This document shows, one piece after another, positions 46,488 through 57,193 of a stretch of 64,000 bases of DNA. The notes beneath the pieces are model-generated. The model had not been told where the DNA came from and ran no database searches. It saw only the letters and a program-made list of their open reading frames with translations. The stretch spans positions 51,121-115,120 of the forward strand of contig JAAYUB010000092.1 in assembly GCA_012517875.1 (NCBI GenBank), written 5' to 3'. Within the stretch, counting starts at the first letter, position 1. Every line of letters begins with the position of its first letter. Source of the DNA: Acidobacteriota bacterium (GTDB taxonomy: Bacteria > Acidobacteriota > JAAYUB01). The position numbers and the translations under genes were made by a program.

Positions 46488-48224
46488 ATGCAATCCAATC
46501 GGGAGCGGGCGATCTTCCGACGCAAGCAGGCAGACGACTGCCTGGTGGGCGTGGTCTACCCGGCCGCCTACGCGGTGGGGATGAGCAACCTCGGCTTCCA
46601 ATGGGTGCTTCGGCAGCTGGACGCCACTCCGGGATTCTTCGGCGAACGGTTTTTCTACGCGCCCGGCACCGCGGCTCCCCGGTCGCTGGAAAGTCGACGA
46701 CGCCCGGGCGACTGTCACATGCTGGCGTTTTCCGTGTCGTTCGAAACTGATTATCTCGCCGTGCTGCAATTCCTAGCGGCTGCCGGGTTGCCGCTCCAGT
46801 CCGCCCGGCGGGACCGGCGGCACCCGCTCGTGGTGGCGGGCGGCGCCGCGCTGCAGGTGAATCCGGAGCCGTTGGCGCCGTTCGTGGACCTCGTCGTGGT
46901 GGGCGAGGCGGAGACCGCCTGGACTGAGCTGCTGGCGGTGTATCGTGACAGCGCCGATCGTCACGAGATGCTGTCCCGGCTCGCCGGGCGACCGGGATTT
47001 TATGTCCCCTCGTGGTGGGAGATCCGCTATGGCGACGACGGGGCGATCGTGCAGCAAGAGCGAACCGCCGGAGCACCGGCCGGCGCCGAGCCCGTGGTCC
47101 GCCTGCCGGTGCTCACCGCCGATGATCTGGCTGTCCTGGAACCGCCGTTCACCAACCTGCTGAGCACCGGCAGCGAGTTCGCCCGGACCCTGCTGGTGGA
47201 GGTCGCCCGCGGCTGCCCCACCGGCTGCCGGTACTGCTGGGCCGGTTACCGGTATCGGCCGGTGCGGCCCTTCGCCGAAAGCCGGATCCTCGCGCTCGCC
47301 GATGCCGCCCGCGGCCACACGGACAAAATCGGCCTTGTCTCGACGGCCGTCGGCCAGTATCCCGCTCTGGCCCGCCTGATGGGCGACCTGCGCAGCCGGG
47401 GATTTCACATCGGCCTCTCCTCGATGCGACTGAGGGATCTCACTCCGGAGCTGCTGCGCATCCTCGCCGAGGGCGGGGAGGACACGGTCACCCTGGCGCC
47501 CGAAACGGGCACCGATTCCATGCGCGCCCGACTCAACAAGCCGTTCACCAACGAACAGCTCCTGGATGGCTGTCGCACGGCCCGGGCTGCGGGGATCCGC
47601 CGCGTCCGCCTCTATTTCATGACCGGACTACCCGGTGAGGAGCCGGCCGACGCCGATGCGGCCGCCACGCTTGCCGAAGCGGCCGGCCGGGCCCTGACCG
47701 GCCGCACCGGGGATGGACGGTTGCCGGTGACGGTGTCGCTCTCCCCGTTTGTGCCCAAGCCCAACACCCCCTTTCAATATGCGGCGATGCCTCCCCTCTC
47801 CGAGCTGCGGGCGACACTGCGCCGATATGCCGCCGCGTTGCGCCGTCGCGGGATCAACGCACAGATCGGTTCCGCCCGCGATGCGCATCTGCAGTGGCGC
47901 CTCGCCACCGGCAGCCGGGTGACGGGGCAACAGCTGCTGGCGGTGGCGGAAGGCACGGCCGATCCCGCCGATCTGATCGCTGAACACAGCGCCGTCGCGG
48001 CGCGCCCATACGTCGCCACGCCGGGCCGCCGCCCGCCGTGGGCGGTGACCACATGGGGTTTGTCGGAAGACCATCTCGTCGAAGAATGGCGCCGGTTCCG
48101 GTCGGGCGACCCTACCCCCCCTTGCCCCAGCCTCCCCGGGTGCGCGCGGTGCGGTATATGCGGCAGCTCGGCTCCGTCACCCGACGCACCCCAGAAGCCC
48201 CCTGCTCCTGAATCCACCCGTTGA
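46488..48224 (+). CDS. radical SAM protein (TIGR03960/YgiQ-like)
   Basis: YAVGMSNLG, FSVSFE, VARGCPTGCRYC (CxxxCxxC), TLAPETG, YFMTGLPGE, FVPKPNTPFQ. Confidence 0.85.
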   Translation: MQSNRERAIFRRKQADDCLVGVVYPAAYAVGMSNLGFQWVLRQLDATPGFFGERFFYAPGTAAPRSLESRRRPGDCHMLAFSVSFETDYLAVLQFLAAAGLPLQSARRDRRHPLVVAGGAALQVNPEPLAPFVDLVVVGEAETAWTELLAVYRDSADRHEMLSRLAGRPGFYVPSWWEIRYGDDGAIVQQERTAGAPAGAEPVVRLPVLTADDLAVLEPPFTNLLSTGSEFARTLLVEVARGCPTGCRYCWAGYRYRPVRPFAESRILALADAARGHTDKIGLVSTAVGQYPALARLMGDLRSRGFHIGLSSMRLRDLTPELLRILAEGGEDTVTLAPETGTDSMRARLNKPFTNEQLLDGCRTARAAGIRRVRLYFMTGLPGEEPADADAAATLAEAAGRALTGRTGDGRLPVTVSLSPFVPKPNTPFQYAAMPPLSELRATLRRYAAALRRRGINAQIGSARDAHLQWRLATGSRVTGQQLLAVAEGTADPADLIAEHSAVAARPYVATPGRRPPWAVTTWGLSEDHLVEEWRRFRSGDPTPPCPSLPGCARCGICGSSAPSPDAPQKPPAPESTR

Positions 48225-48306
48225 GCACCCGCCGTTCCAACATCTCCGTTACCCACAGGCACCGTTCCGCAATTCCCCGGTACACCGTTCACGCTGACAG
48301 ACCCCT

Positions 48307-48933
48307 TTATGGCAGCCCCAGGTGCTTGTGGAGCTGGATCTGGAGTCGAACCGGCAGGCGGTCGTCCAGGATCCAGCGGGCCAGGTCCGCCGGCGGAAGC
48401 CCGGGGGTGACGGGCGCAAACAGCACGTCCACACCGGCCGGCAACGGATGGGCTGTGAGATATGTCCGCGCCCACTCGTAATCCGCGCGGTCGGTCAGCA
48501 CAAACTTCAGTTGGTCCGGCGGCCGCAGCTGGTCCAGGTTCTCCACCCGCATCCTGTGGGCCATGCCGGACCCGGGCGTCTTGACGTCCATGATCCGGAC
48601 AACGCGGCCGTCCACGACATCCAGCGGCAACGACCCGTTGGTCTCCAGCAATACCCGGCGGCCATCGGCCAGCAGTCGGCGGCACAGCTCGGGCACGCCG
48701 GCTTGAAGCAGCGGCTCGCCGCCAGTGATCTCCACCAGCGGGCAGCCGAAGGCGGCAACCGCTGCGACCACGTCATCCACGGACATCGCCCGGCCGCCCG
48801 CCCGCGCAGCGAGCGTATCGCAGTAGCGGCAGTCCAGGTTGCAGCCGGCGAGACGGACGAAGGAGCAGGGACACCCGGCGAATGTGGATTCCCCCTGGAT
48901 GCTGAAGAAGATTTCCGCGACAGCCAGCTTCAC
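48307..48933 (-). CDS. queE: 7-carboxy-7-deazaguanine synthase
   Basis: EIFFSIQGE, FVRLAGCNLDCRYCDT, ITGGEPLLQ, LETNG, QIQLHK. Confidence 0.93.
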   Translation of the reverse strand: MKLAVAEIFFSIQGESTFAGCPCSFVRLAGCNLDCRYCDTLAARAGGRAMSVDDVVAAVAAFGCPLVEITGGEPLLQAGVPELCRRLLADGRRVLLETNGSLPLDVVDGRVVRIMDVKTPGSGMAHRMRVENLDQLRPPDQLKFVLTDRADYEWARTYLTAHPLPAGVDVLFAPVTPGLPPADLARWILDDRLPVRLQIQLHKHLGLP

Positions 48934-48960
48934 ACAACCTCCTTGGCCGGCAGGTCGGAT

Positions 48961-48985
48961 AAAAAAGGCCTGCGTGATGCAGGCC
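48961..48985 (-). terminator. intrinsic terminator of tRNA-Ser
   Basis: GGCCTGC-ATCAC-GCAGGCC followed by TTTTTT on the minus strand. Confidence 0.85.
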
Positions 48986-48992
48986 GTTTATC

Positions 48993-49085
<93 letters not shown>

Positions 49086-49110
49086 TCGAAAGATCGCTCT
49101 CGGGCTCCCC

Positions 49111-49139
49111 CTTATAGCACAACCCCCGGGGCGCTTCAA
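49111..49139 (-). promoter_or_regulatory. sigma70 promoter of tRNA-Ser
   Basis: TTGAAG, 17-nt spacer, TATAAG with TGn extended -10 on the minus strand. Confidence 0.75.
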
Positions 49140-49181
49140 CCGAAAACACGGCCGGACACGGCTGCCGTTGCGACACACTCG

Positions 49182-50273
49182 TCACGGCTCTGCGGCGAAG
49201 CCGGCCGGCGGCTCGATGATCTCGTGGCGGTTGTTCCGGCGGGCGGGGGTGAAGCCCGCGTCGCGGACGAGGCGGCGGAGCTCCGCTTCGTTGGTGCGGT
49301 TGACGGTGCCGGTGGCGGCCACGACGTTCTCCTCCAGCATCACCGAACCGATGTCGTTGGCTCCGAACGCCAGCGCCACCTGGGCGATCTTCAGTCCCTG
49401 CGTCACCCACGACGACTGCACCGACAGGAAGTTGTCCAGGTAGATCCGGCTCAGGGCGAGAAAGCGCAGATACTCGACGGCAGTCGCCTCCGGCCCGCCT
49501 TCGTCCCCCAGATCCGTCCGGGCGCTCTGGAATGTCCACGGAATGAACGCGACGAACCCGCCGGTCCGATCCTGTAACTGCCGCAACGATTCCAGATGGT
49601 TCATGCGACTGGCCAGATTCTCTCCGCAGCCGAACATCATGGTGGCAGTGGTGCGGAGCCCCAGCCCGTGGGCGGTCTCCATGACGAGCAGCCACTCGGC
49701 GGCGGTGCACTTGCGCGGACTGATGCGGCCGCGCATGGTGTCGTCGAGAATTTCGGCGCCGCCTCCCGGCAGGGAGCCCAAACCGGCGGCCATGAGCCGG
49801 CGCAGACACTCCTTCAGGGTGATGCCCGAGACGGCCGCGATGTGGACGATCTCCGGCGGGGAAAAGCAGTGCAGGTCGATGGCGTAGCGCTCGCGGATGC
49901 CGCGCAGCAGCCGTTCAAAGAAACGGATGTCGAGACCGGGATGCAGACCGCCTTGCATGAGGATGCCCGTCCCGCCCACGGCGAGCGTCTCCTCGATTTT
50001 TCGGTAGACGGCCGCCGGCTCCAGGACGTAGGCATCGGCTGCGTCGGGGTCGCGGTAAAACGCGCAAAACCGGCATTTCGAGGAGCAGACGTTGGTGTAG
50101 TTGATGTTCCGGTCCACCACGTAGGTGACGGGCCGGTCGCCCTGCAGCCGCCGGCGTGTTTGGTCGGCCAGGTAACCCAGCTCGTGAAGGGATGCGCCTT
50201 CCGCCAGCCGAATGGCGGCGGCGCGTCCAAGCCGCTCGCCGCGCTCGATGCCGGCGAACACTTCAGCCAGCAT
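49182..50273 (-). CDS. mqnC: cyclic dehypoxanthinyl futalosine synthase
   Basis: VDRNINYTNVCSSKCRFCAF, LMQGGLHP, SLPGGGAEIL, VQSSWVTQG, GANDIGSVMLEENVV. Confidence 0.93.
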   Translation of the reverse strand: MLAEVFAGIERGERLGRAAAIRLAEGASLHELGYLADQTRRRLQGDRPVTYVVDRNINYTNVCSSKCRFCAFYRDPDAADAYVLEPAAVYRKIEETLAVGGTGILMQGGLHPGLDIRFFERLLRGIRERYAIDLHCFSPPEIVHIAAVSGITLKECLRRLMAAGLGSLPGGGAEILDDTMRGRISPRKCTAAEWLLVMETAHGLGLRTTATMMFGCGENLASRMNHLESLRQLQDRTGGFVAFIPWTFQSARTDLGDEGGPEATAVEYLRFLALSRIYLDNFLSVQSSWVTQGLKIAQVALAFGANDIGSVMLEENVVAATGTVNRTNEAELRRLVRDAGFTPARRNNRHEIIEPPAGFAAEP

Positions 50274-51069
50274 GGGCCATCTCCAGGTCGGGATCGGTCG
50301 CCACCAGGCCGTCCTCCCGGCAGAGTTGCAGGAACTGCCGGACCGAATCCAGCTCGGGCTCACCCAGGTGATAGGACAGGTTTTCGCCCAGATAGCGGCG
50401 CAGTTCTTCCACCGGCCGGTCGAGCCGTGTGCTGAACTCGGCGGCGATCTCGTCGAGCCGGCGCAACCCCTCGGTTTTGCTTGTTGTCAGGAAGCGGGCC
50501 AACTCCGGGTGGCAGATCTCCCGACGCACCGCCCAGACGGCGAAAACGAAGGAGCGACCGGTGAAGCCGCGCCACAGGGTGGCCAAGTCGTATACTTCGA
50601 CTCCGGCCGTAGCGTCCGTCAGGGCCTGGTCGCCAATGATCAGCGCCGCCTCGCGCCGGCCGAGCGCCGCAGGGCGCATTTCACGGACCTCCATGACGGG
50701 CATCGTCGCCAGCTGCCGCTTCAGCAGGACTTGCAGCAGCGCCACCGACGTGCGGGAGTGGGGGCTCAGCCAGATCCGCTCGATCTCCTGCAGCGGCGAT
50801 CGGCTGGCCAGCACGACGCTGCGCACCGGTCCCGGCGAGGCGATGGCGATGCCCGGCAGGACGACGAGGTCCGGGATACGCACGCACTCCACCACCGGCA
50901 GCAGACCGCCGTCCGATTCGCCCCGCCGCACGGCGTCAGCGCAGCGAGCCGGCTCCTGGAAGCTGACACTCAGCCAGGGCGGAAGCGCCCCGTGGCGCAA
51001 TCCGTAGACGAGCGGCGCCGCATTGAGGAACGACACGGCTGACAGGCGGGTCTGGGGGGAATTGGGCAT
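50263..51069 (-). CDS. mqnA: chorismate dehydratase (futalosine pathway)
   Basis: VSFLNAAPL, GPVRSV, SRTSVAL, LIIGDQAL, YDLATLW...FVFAVW; overlaps mqnC. Confidence 0.92.
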   Translation of the reverse strand: MPNSPQTRLSAVSFLNAAPLVYGLRHGALPPWLSVSFQEPARCADAVRRGESDGGLLPVVECVRIPDLVVLPGIAIASPGPVRSVVLASRSPLQEIERIWLSPHSRTSVALLQVLLKRQLATMPVMEVREMRPAALGRREAALIIGDQALTDATAGVEVYDLATLWRGFTGRSFVFAVWAVRREICHPELARFLTTSKTEGLRRLDEIAAEFSTRLDRPVEELRRYLGENLSYHLGEPELDSVRQFLQLCREDGLVATDPDLEMAHAG

Positions 51070-51180
51070 CGGATGACCGTCCGCGCGGAATCCAGTCCGC
51101 ATTGTAGCCCCGCCTCCACCCCAAAGGCAAACGCCAACTATTTTCGAACACCGGCCGACTCATCCGTTATTAATTAATGA

Positions 51181-52365
51181 ATGCCGATTCGACCTGGAGT
51201 CACGATGCCCCCCAACCCGTCGCCTGCGGCCCCTGCGGTGGCACCGCGCAATCTCCTGCTCCTGCATGCCCTGCCCGGTGCCGGGCCGCGCAAGCTGATC
51301 GAGCTGGTCCAGCGGGCGCCCTTTCTGCTGGCGGAACCGGTGGATAAGAACTTCTGGCTGTTCGTCCAGCGGGAATCGGGCATCGCCGTCACCCGCGCCG
51401 AGCAACACGCGCTGGAGCACCGCACGGATGGCATTCTGGACCGCGTCGCCCGCGGCGAGTTCGACCTGCTTCATTGGTTCGCGGCGGGCTACCCGGAATT
51501 GCTCCGCCACATCTACGATCCCCCGCTGGCGCTGTTCGTGCGGGGCGACCCCGCGCTTCTGAATGGCGACTGTCTGGCCGTGGTGGGCGCCCGACACGCG
51601 TCGGACTACGGCGTGGCGGTGGCGCAGGAATTTGCTTGCCGGCTTGCCGGCACCTGTCTGGTGATCGTCAGCGGCCTGGCCCTGGGCATCGATTCCGCCG
51701 CCCACCTGGGTGCACTGCGGGCGGCGGGCGGCACCGTCGCCGTGCTCGGCTGCGGGATTGACATCATCTATCCCAAGCAGTCCGCCGCACTGCACCGGCG
51801 GATCCTGGAGCACGGGTGCCTCGTCAGCGAGTTCCCGCCCGGGCTGTACCCCGCGCCGCAGAATTTCCCCATCCGCAACCGCATCATCAGCGGCCTGGCT
51901 CTGGGCACCCTGATTGTCGAGGCAACGCAGCGCAGCGGTTCGCTCATCACCGCCCGCCTGGCGCTGGAGCACGGCCGGGAGTTGTTTGCCGTACCGGGTC
52001 CCGTGCATAGCCCCCTGAGCGTGGGCCCCAACTACCTGATCAAACAAGGAGCCAAGCTGGTGCAGCTATGGCCGGACGTCCTCGACGAATTGCCCCGGCC
52101 GGTGCGGGAGCGTATCCGTCCGGCCGCCGGCGACCCGACGGCGGCGGAGCGCCCCCTTGGCGGCGGCACGGAAAATCTCCGTTTGACAAACGACGAAGAG
52201 GCGGTATATAAACACGTGCTTTTTGACCGGAAGGTCCACCTGGATGACCTGTTGCACCGCACGGGTCTATCCATGGGGAAACTGGGAGCCGCCCTGCTGC
52301 AACTCCAGTTCAACAACCTGATCCAGGAACTTCCCGGGCAGTATTATCTCCGGAATGTGAGGTAG
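51181..52365 (+). CDS. dprA: DNA-processing protein DprA
   Basis: DPPLALFVRG, AVVGAR, IVSGLALGIDSAAH, NFPIRNRIISGL, SGSLITA, GPNYLIKQGA. Confidence 0.95.
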   Translation: MPIRPGVTMPPNPSPAAPAVAPRNLLLLHALPGAGPRKLIELVQRAPFLLAEPVDKNFWLFVQRESGIAVTRAEQHALEHRTDGILDRVARGEFDLLHWFAAGYPELLRHIYDPPLALFVRGDPALLNGDCLAVVGARHASDYGVAVAQEFACRLAGTCLVIVSGLALGIDSAAHLGALRAAGGTVAVLGCGIDIIYPKQSAALHRRILEHGCLVSEFPPGLYPAPQNFPIRNRIISGLALGTLIVEATQRSGSLITARLALEHGRELFAVPGPVHSPLSVGPNYLIKQGAKLVQLWPDVLDELPRPVRERIRPAAGDPTAAERPLGGGTENLRLTNDEEAVYKHVLFDRKVHLDDLLHRTGLSMGKLGAALLQLQFNNLIQELPGQYYLRNVR

Positions 52366-52368
52366 CGC

Positions 52369-54672
52369 TTGAAACCCAAGTCCCTTGTCATAGTCGAATC
52401 CCCCGCCAAGGCCCGGACCATCGAACGGTACCTCGGTGGCGAGTACACCGTCCTCGCCTCCGTGGGCCACATCAAGGACCTGCCCAAGAAGCGGCTCGGC
52501 GTCGACCCCGCCCACGGTTTTAAAACCGACTATGAGATCATCCCGGGCAAGGAAATGATCGTTAAAAACCTTCGCAAGGCCGCGGACAAAGCCGACGTGA
52601 TCTACCTTGCCGCGGACCCTGACCGCGAGGGGGAGGCGATCTGCCAGCACATTTTCGAGGAGATCAAGGCGGCCAACGACAAGGTCTTTCGGGTCATGTT
52701 CAACGAAATCACCCGCGACGCCATCCGCCAGGCGTTCCAGTCGCCGGGCCGGATTGACGAAAACCTGGTCAAGTCGCAGAACACTCGGCGCATCCTCGAC
52801 CGGCTGGTCGGCTACAAGATCAGCCCGCTCCTGTGGCGGAAGGTGCGGCGGGGGCTGTCGGCAGGCCGCGTCCAGACAGTCGCCCTGCGCCTCATCGTGG
52901 ATCGCGAGCGCGAGATCGGCGCATTCCAGAAAGAAGAATACTGGGTGTTCACCGCCCAGCTGGAAGCCGCCCTGCCGCCGCCGTTCCGCGCCAAGGCCAT
53001 CAAGCTGGACGGACAGAAGTTTGTCGTGCGCACCGCCGACGAGGCCCGCACGCTCCGCGGCGAACTGGAGGCGGGCACCTTCGTTGTCGAGTCGGTCCGT
53101 GCCACCACCCGCAAGCAACACCCGCAGCCGCCGTTCACCACCAGCAAGCTGCAGCAGGAGGCCAACCGCCGTTTCAAGCTTCCGGCGGCCAAGACCATGC
53201 AGATCGCTCAGCGGCTCTACGAGGGGATCGACCTCGGCGACGGCAGCGTGGGCCTCATCACTTACATGCGCACGGATTCCACCCGCGTCGCTCCGTCGGC
53301 GCTGGAAATGATCCGGTCCTACATCCAGGACACCTACGGCAACGAGTACCTTCCTGAGAAGCCCCGGAGCTTTTCCAAGGCCGACCTGGCGCAGGATGCC
53401 CACGAGGCGATCCGGCCCACCGACATTGCCCGCACCCCGGCCTCCGTGCGCGCCCACCTAAAGGCGGACGAATACAAGATCTACACCCTGATCTGGCAGC
53501 GCTGCGTGGCCTCGCAGATGGAACCGGCTCTCTTCCGCCACACCGACATCAAGATCGCCGCCGGCCGCTGCCTCTTCCAGGCCACCGGCGACGTGCCGCA
53601 GTTCGCCGGTTTCCTGAAGGTCTACCAGGAGTCGGCCGACGAGGACGTCGCGGAGTCCGACCCGGCCAACCCCAACCTGCCGCCGGTGGAAGCGGGCCAG
53701 GAGCTGCGCCTGCAGCAGCTCCAGACCGAGCAGCAGTTCACCCAGCCGCCTCCCCGCTATTCCGAAGCCACACTCATCAAGGCTTTGGAGGAGAAGGGCA
53801 TCGGACGGCCCAGCACCTACGCCCAGATTGTGACGGTGATTCAAAACCGCCAATACGTGATCAAGGAGGAAGGACGATTCCGGTCCACCGAGACGGGCGA
53901 GATCGTCATCGACCTGCTGACTCGCAGCTTCCCCGACCTGTTCGACTACAACTACACGGCCACCATGGAGCAGAGCCTTGACCTCATCGAGGAGGGGAAG
54001 CAGAACTGGCTCGTGGAGCTGCAGCGGTTCTACCGCGCCTTCGACGGCACCCTGCAGAAGGCCGAGGCCGAGATGTCCGATCTGAAGCGGGAGAAGATCC
54101 CCACCGACGAGCGCTGTCCCAACTGCGGCGCCGGCATGGTGATCCGCTGGGGTCGGTTCGGCAAGTTCATGGCTTGCGAACGCTACCCGGAATGCCGCAC
54201 CAGCAAACCGGTCACCAACGACAACGGCAACGGCGACGCGGCCACCGCCCCGACCGCCAAGGCGCCGGCCCGGGTGCTGGACGAGCAGTGCCCCGACTGC
54301 GGCAAACACCTGGTGGAGCGATCCGGCCGGTTCGGCAAGTTCATTGCCTGCAGCGGCTACCCGAAATGCCACTTCAAGAAGAAGCCCGGCATCAACATGC
54401 CGTGTCCCCAGCCCGGTTGCAGCGGCGAGATCGTCATGCTCAAGAACAAGCGGGGACGCATCTTCTACGGCTGCTCCAAGTACCCCGCCTGCACCTTCAC
54501 CAGCTGGCAGCGGCCGGTCCCCCGGAGTTGTCCCGCCTGCGGCAACGCCTACATGGTGCAGAAGCAGACGAAGAAGGACGGCTCCTTCCTGGAATGCCCC
54601 AAGCCCGAGTGCCGGCACCGGCTCCCGGGCGAGGCCAACGGGTCAGACGCGCCGTCCGACGGCAACTCCTGA
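52369..54672 (+). CDS. topA: DNA topoisomerase I
   Basis: LVIVESPAKA, DPDREGEAI, SAGRVQT, ITYMRTDS (catalytic Tyr), GIGRPSTY, C-terminal Zn ribbons; TTG start. Confidence 0.98.
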   Translation: MKPKSLVIVESPAKARTIERYLGGEYTVLASVGHIKDLPKKRLGVDPAHGFKTDYEIIPGKEMIVKNLRKAADKADVIYLAADPDREGEAICQHIFEEIKAANDKVFRVMFNEITRDAIRQAFQSPGRIDENLVKSQNTRRILDRLVGYKISPLLWRKVRRGLSAGRVQTVALRLIVDREREIGAFQKEEYWVFTAQLEAALPPPFRAKAIKLDGQKFVVRTADEARTLRGELEAGTFVVESVRATTRKQHPQPPFTTSKLQQEANRRFKLPAAKTMQIAQRLYEGIDLGDGSVGLITYMRTDSTRVAPSALEMIRSYIQDTYGNEYLPEKPRSFSKADLAQDAHEAIRPTDIARTPASVRAHLKADEYKIYTLIWQRCVASQMEPALFRHTDIKIAAGRCLFQATGDVPQFAGFLKVYQESADEDVAESDPANPNLPPVEAGQELRLQQLQTEQQFTQPPPRYSEATLIKALEEKGIGRPSTYAQIVTVIQNRQYVIKEEGRFRSTETGEIVIDLLTRSFPDLFDYNYTATMEQSLDLIEEGKQNWLVELQRFYRAFDGTLQKAEAEMSDLKREKIPTDERCPNCGAGMVIRWGRFGKFMACERYPECRTSKPVTNDNGNGDAATAPTAKAPARVLDEQCPDCGKHLVERSGRFGKFIACSGYPKCHFKKKPGINMPCPQPGCSGEIVMLKNKRGRIFYGCSKYPACTFTSWQRPVPRSCPACGNAYMVQKQTKKDGSFLECPKPECRHRLPGEANGSDAPSDGNS

Positions 54673-54749
54673 GGGCATCCGCCTTGTCAGCCGGCGTGGA
54701 TCCATGATATAACGGGGCTGACAATCCGGCGGGATCCACCCTCTCACGC

Positions 54750-56021
54750 ATGAGCACGGACGTAATTGCACTGGTTACTTGGGCATTGCTGGCCGCCACG
54801 CTGGCTGCGCTGGCGCTGTATTCCGTCATCGAGAACGTGCTGTCGCGCCTCACCCGCGTGGACATCAAGCTGCTCATGGACCGACGCAAGGGGCTGGGCG
54901 AGGATCGATTCGTCACCCAGCTGCACCGGGGAAAGTACCGCGTCCAGATTCCCCTGCAGCTTTTCGTCCAGTCCATCCGCGTCGCCACCGGACTGTTCAT
55001 TCTGATCCTGTTGAACCTGCACCGAGTGCCGTACGCCGCGCCGCTGGCACTGCTGGCGACGGTCATCGTGCTGTTCTTCCTCTCCCACTGGCTGCCGTGG
55101 GCTATCACCGGCACGGAGCCGGAGCGTGCCCTGCTGATCCTGCTGCCCTTCCTGCGACCGGTGCTTTTCATCGGCATCCCGCTCACCTATCCCATCATCC
55201 TCCTGGCGGCCCGGCGGCACGCCGCCTCGGCCGACAACGAGGCGGGCGAGGACGAGATCACCGACGAGGAGGTCCAGGCCTTCCTGGACGTCGGCGAAGA
55301 GGAGGGCATCTTTGAGCAGGAGGAAAGCCGGATCATCCAGCAGGTCGTCGAACTGGGCGACACGATCGCCCGCGAGATCATGGTTCCACGCACCGAGATC
55401 GTCGCCATCCCCGTCGGCGCCACGCAGGAGGAGCTGCGGGCGCTGATCGTCAAGTCGCGTCACAGCCGGATTCCGGTCTATGAGGGCACCATCGACGCCA
55501 TTGTCGGCGTGATCTATGTCCGACACCTGCTGGCCAGTTACTCAGCCGGCGAACCGGGCGCCTCGTTCAAGGGCCTGATTCGCCCCGCCCTCTTCGTGCC
55601 GGAAACAAAGCGGGTGGCCGAGCTGCTCCGTGAGATGCAGGCCAAAGGCGAACAGATGTGCATCGTGGTGGACGAATACGGAGGCGTGGCGGGGCTGGTC
55701 ACCCTCGAGGACATCCTGGAGGAGATCGTCGGCGAGATCCGGGACGAGGACCAACCGGTGGAGGTGGACATCCATCCCGACGGGGACGGAGCCTATACCA
55801 TGTACGGCGACACCGACCTGTGGGACGTCCAGGAAACCTTGGGTGTGGACCTGGAGGAGGAGGGGTACAATACCATCGCCGGCCTCATCATCAAGGAACT
55901 CGGCCGTCTGCCGAAGCCCGACGAGATACTGCGGGTCGACGGCCTGGAGATCCAGGTGCTCGAAGTCGACAGCCGCAAAATCCACCGCGTCCGTGTCCAC
56001 ACGCTCGATGCCGACCGCTAG
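54750..56021 (+). CDS. HlyC/CorC (CNNM) family transporter-associated protein
   Basis: N-terminal TM domain, tandem CBS (REIMVPR, HSRIPVYE, VVDEYGG, TLEDILEEIVGEI), CorC_HlyC tail. Confidence 0.92.
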   Translation: MSTDVIALVTWALLAATLAALALYSVIENVLSRLTRVDIKLLMDRRKGLGEDRFVTQLHRGKYRVQIPLQLFVQSIRVATGLFILILLNLHRVPYAAPLALLATVIVLFFLSHWLPWAITGTEPERALLILLPFLRPVLFIGIPLTYPIILLAARRHAASADNEAGEDEITDEEVQAFLDVGEEEGIFEQEESRIIQQVVELGDTIAREIMVPRTEIVAIPVGATQEELRALIVKSRHSRIPVYEGTIDAIVGVIYVRHLLASYSAGEPGASFKGLIRPALFVPETKRVAELLREMQAKGEQMCIVVDEYGGVAGLVTLEDILEEIVGEIRDEDQPVEVDIHPDGDGAYTMYGDTDLWDVQETLGVDLEEEGYNTIAGLIIKELGRLPKPDEILRVDGLEIQVLEVDSRKIHRVRVHTLDADR

Positions 56022-57144
56022 CCACCATATGCGGCGCGCCCTGCGCCTCGCCCGGCTAGGCACCGGGCGCACCGGTCCCAATCCCATGGTGGGGGCCGTG
56101 GTGGTCCGTGACGGCGCGGTCGTCGGGTCGGGCTTCCACATCTATTCCCGTCGTTGGCATGCCGAGCGGGTGGCCCTTGATGCGGCCGGCCCTGCGGCGC
56201 GCGATGCCGACCTGTACGTCACGCTGGAACCATGCTGTCACCACGGCCGCACGCCGCCGTGCACCGACGCGATCCTGGCGGCCGGGATCCGTCGGGTGTT
56301 CTGCGGCATGGTGGATCCCAATCCCCTCGTAGCGGGCGGCGGCATCGAGTGCTTGAGGCGTGCCGGAATCGACGTGATCGTGGCCGGCGACCCGGAGCCG
56401 TTCCGGTCCCTCAACCGCGGCTTCATCAGCCGCGTCACCCGCGGCCGGCCCTGGGTGACGCTCAAGGCCGCCGCCACCCTCGACGGCCGCGTCGCGCCCC
56501 TGTCGGGACGCTCCCGCTGGATCAGCGGCGAACGGTCCCGCCGCCATGCTCACTGGCTGCGCTTCCGCCACGACGCCATCCTCACCGGCATCGGTACCGT
56601 GCTGGCCGACGATCCGCTGCTGACCTGCCGGCACAAGCGGCCGCGGGAGCAGCCGCCGTTGCGGCTCGTGATCGACCCGACCCTGCGGCTGTCCCCGGAG
56701 TCGCGGCTGGCATCCACCGCCGCCGAAGCGCCGGTCTGGGTGTACTGCGGACCGGCGGCGCCGCCGGCGGCTCGCGAGGCCCTGGCCGCTCGCGGCGTGA
56801 CGGTGATCCCAGTCACGGTGGCGAATGACGGCGGACTGGATTTGGCGGCGGCGCTTCGTCAGCTGGCGGATGCCGGCGTGTCCTCGGTGCTGGTGGAGGG
56901 CGGCAGCCGCACCCTGGCCGGCTTCATCCGAGCGGAGCTGGCTGACGAGTTCTGCTTCTATTTCGCACCGATGATCCTGGGCGAGCGGTCGCTCCCGCTG
57001 GCGGGCGACCTGGGGGCGCTGGAACTGGACGGCTGCCCCCGGCTGGACATCCGCCGCGTCCGTCCGCTGCCCCCCGACTGGCTGTTTGAGGGCTTTTTCA
57101 GCTTTCCGCCCGGCGGTGCACCAGCTGCTCTGCCTACCCGCTGA
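56008..57144 (+). CDS. ribD: bifunctional riboflavin deaminase/reductase
   Basis: PNPMVGAV, HAE, TLEPCCHHGRTPPC, KAAATLDG, GIGTVLADDP, VEGG; start ATG 56008 (or 56029), ORF track over-extended. Confidence 0.96.
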   Translation: MPTASHHMRRALRLARLGTGRTGPNPMVGAVVVRDGAVVGSGFHIYSRRWHAERVALDAAGPAARDADLYVTLEPCCHHGRTPPCTDAILAAGIRRVFCGMVDPNPLVAGGGIECLRRAGIDVIVAGDPEPFRSLNRGFISRVTRGRPWVTLKAAATLDGRVAPLSGRSRWISGERSRRHAHWLRFRHDAILTGIGTVLADDPLLTCRHKRPREQPPLRLVIDPTLRLSPESRLASTAAEAPVWVYCGPAAPPAAREALAARGVTVIPVTVANDGGLDLAAALRQLADAGVSSVLVEGGSRTLAGFIRAELADEFCFYFAPMILGERSLPLAGDLGALELDGCPRLDIRRVRPLPPDWLFEGFFSFPPGGAPAALPTR

Positions 57145-57193
57145 AGCCGGGCGGACGGTCGGATCCCAACCAAATATCCCGCAGAACAAAACG

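Noticed and set aside
48307-48933. queE as part of a 7-deazaguanine DNA-modification (dpd) defence island
   Set aside because: No dpd, tgt-like or other que genes nearby; context is housekeeping
51181-54672. dprA as evidence of a competence cluster with gspE/gspF
   Set aside because: dprA-topA is a widely conserved pair; no comEC/comEA/comF here
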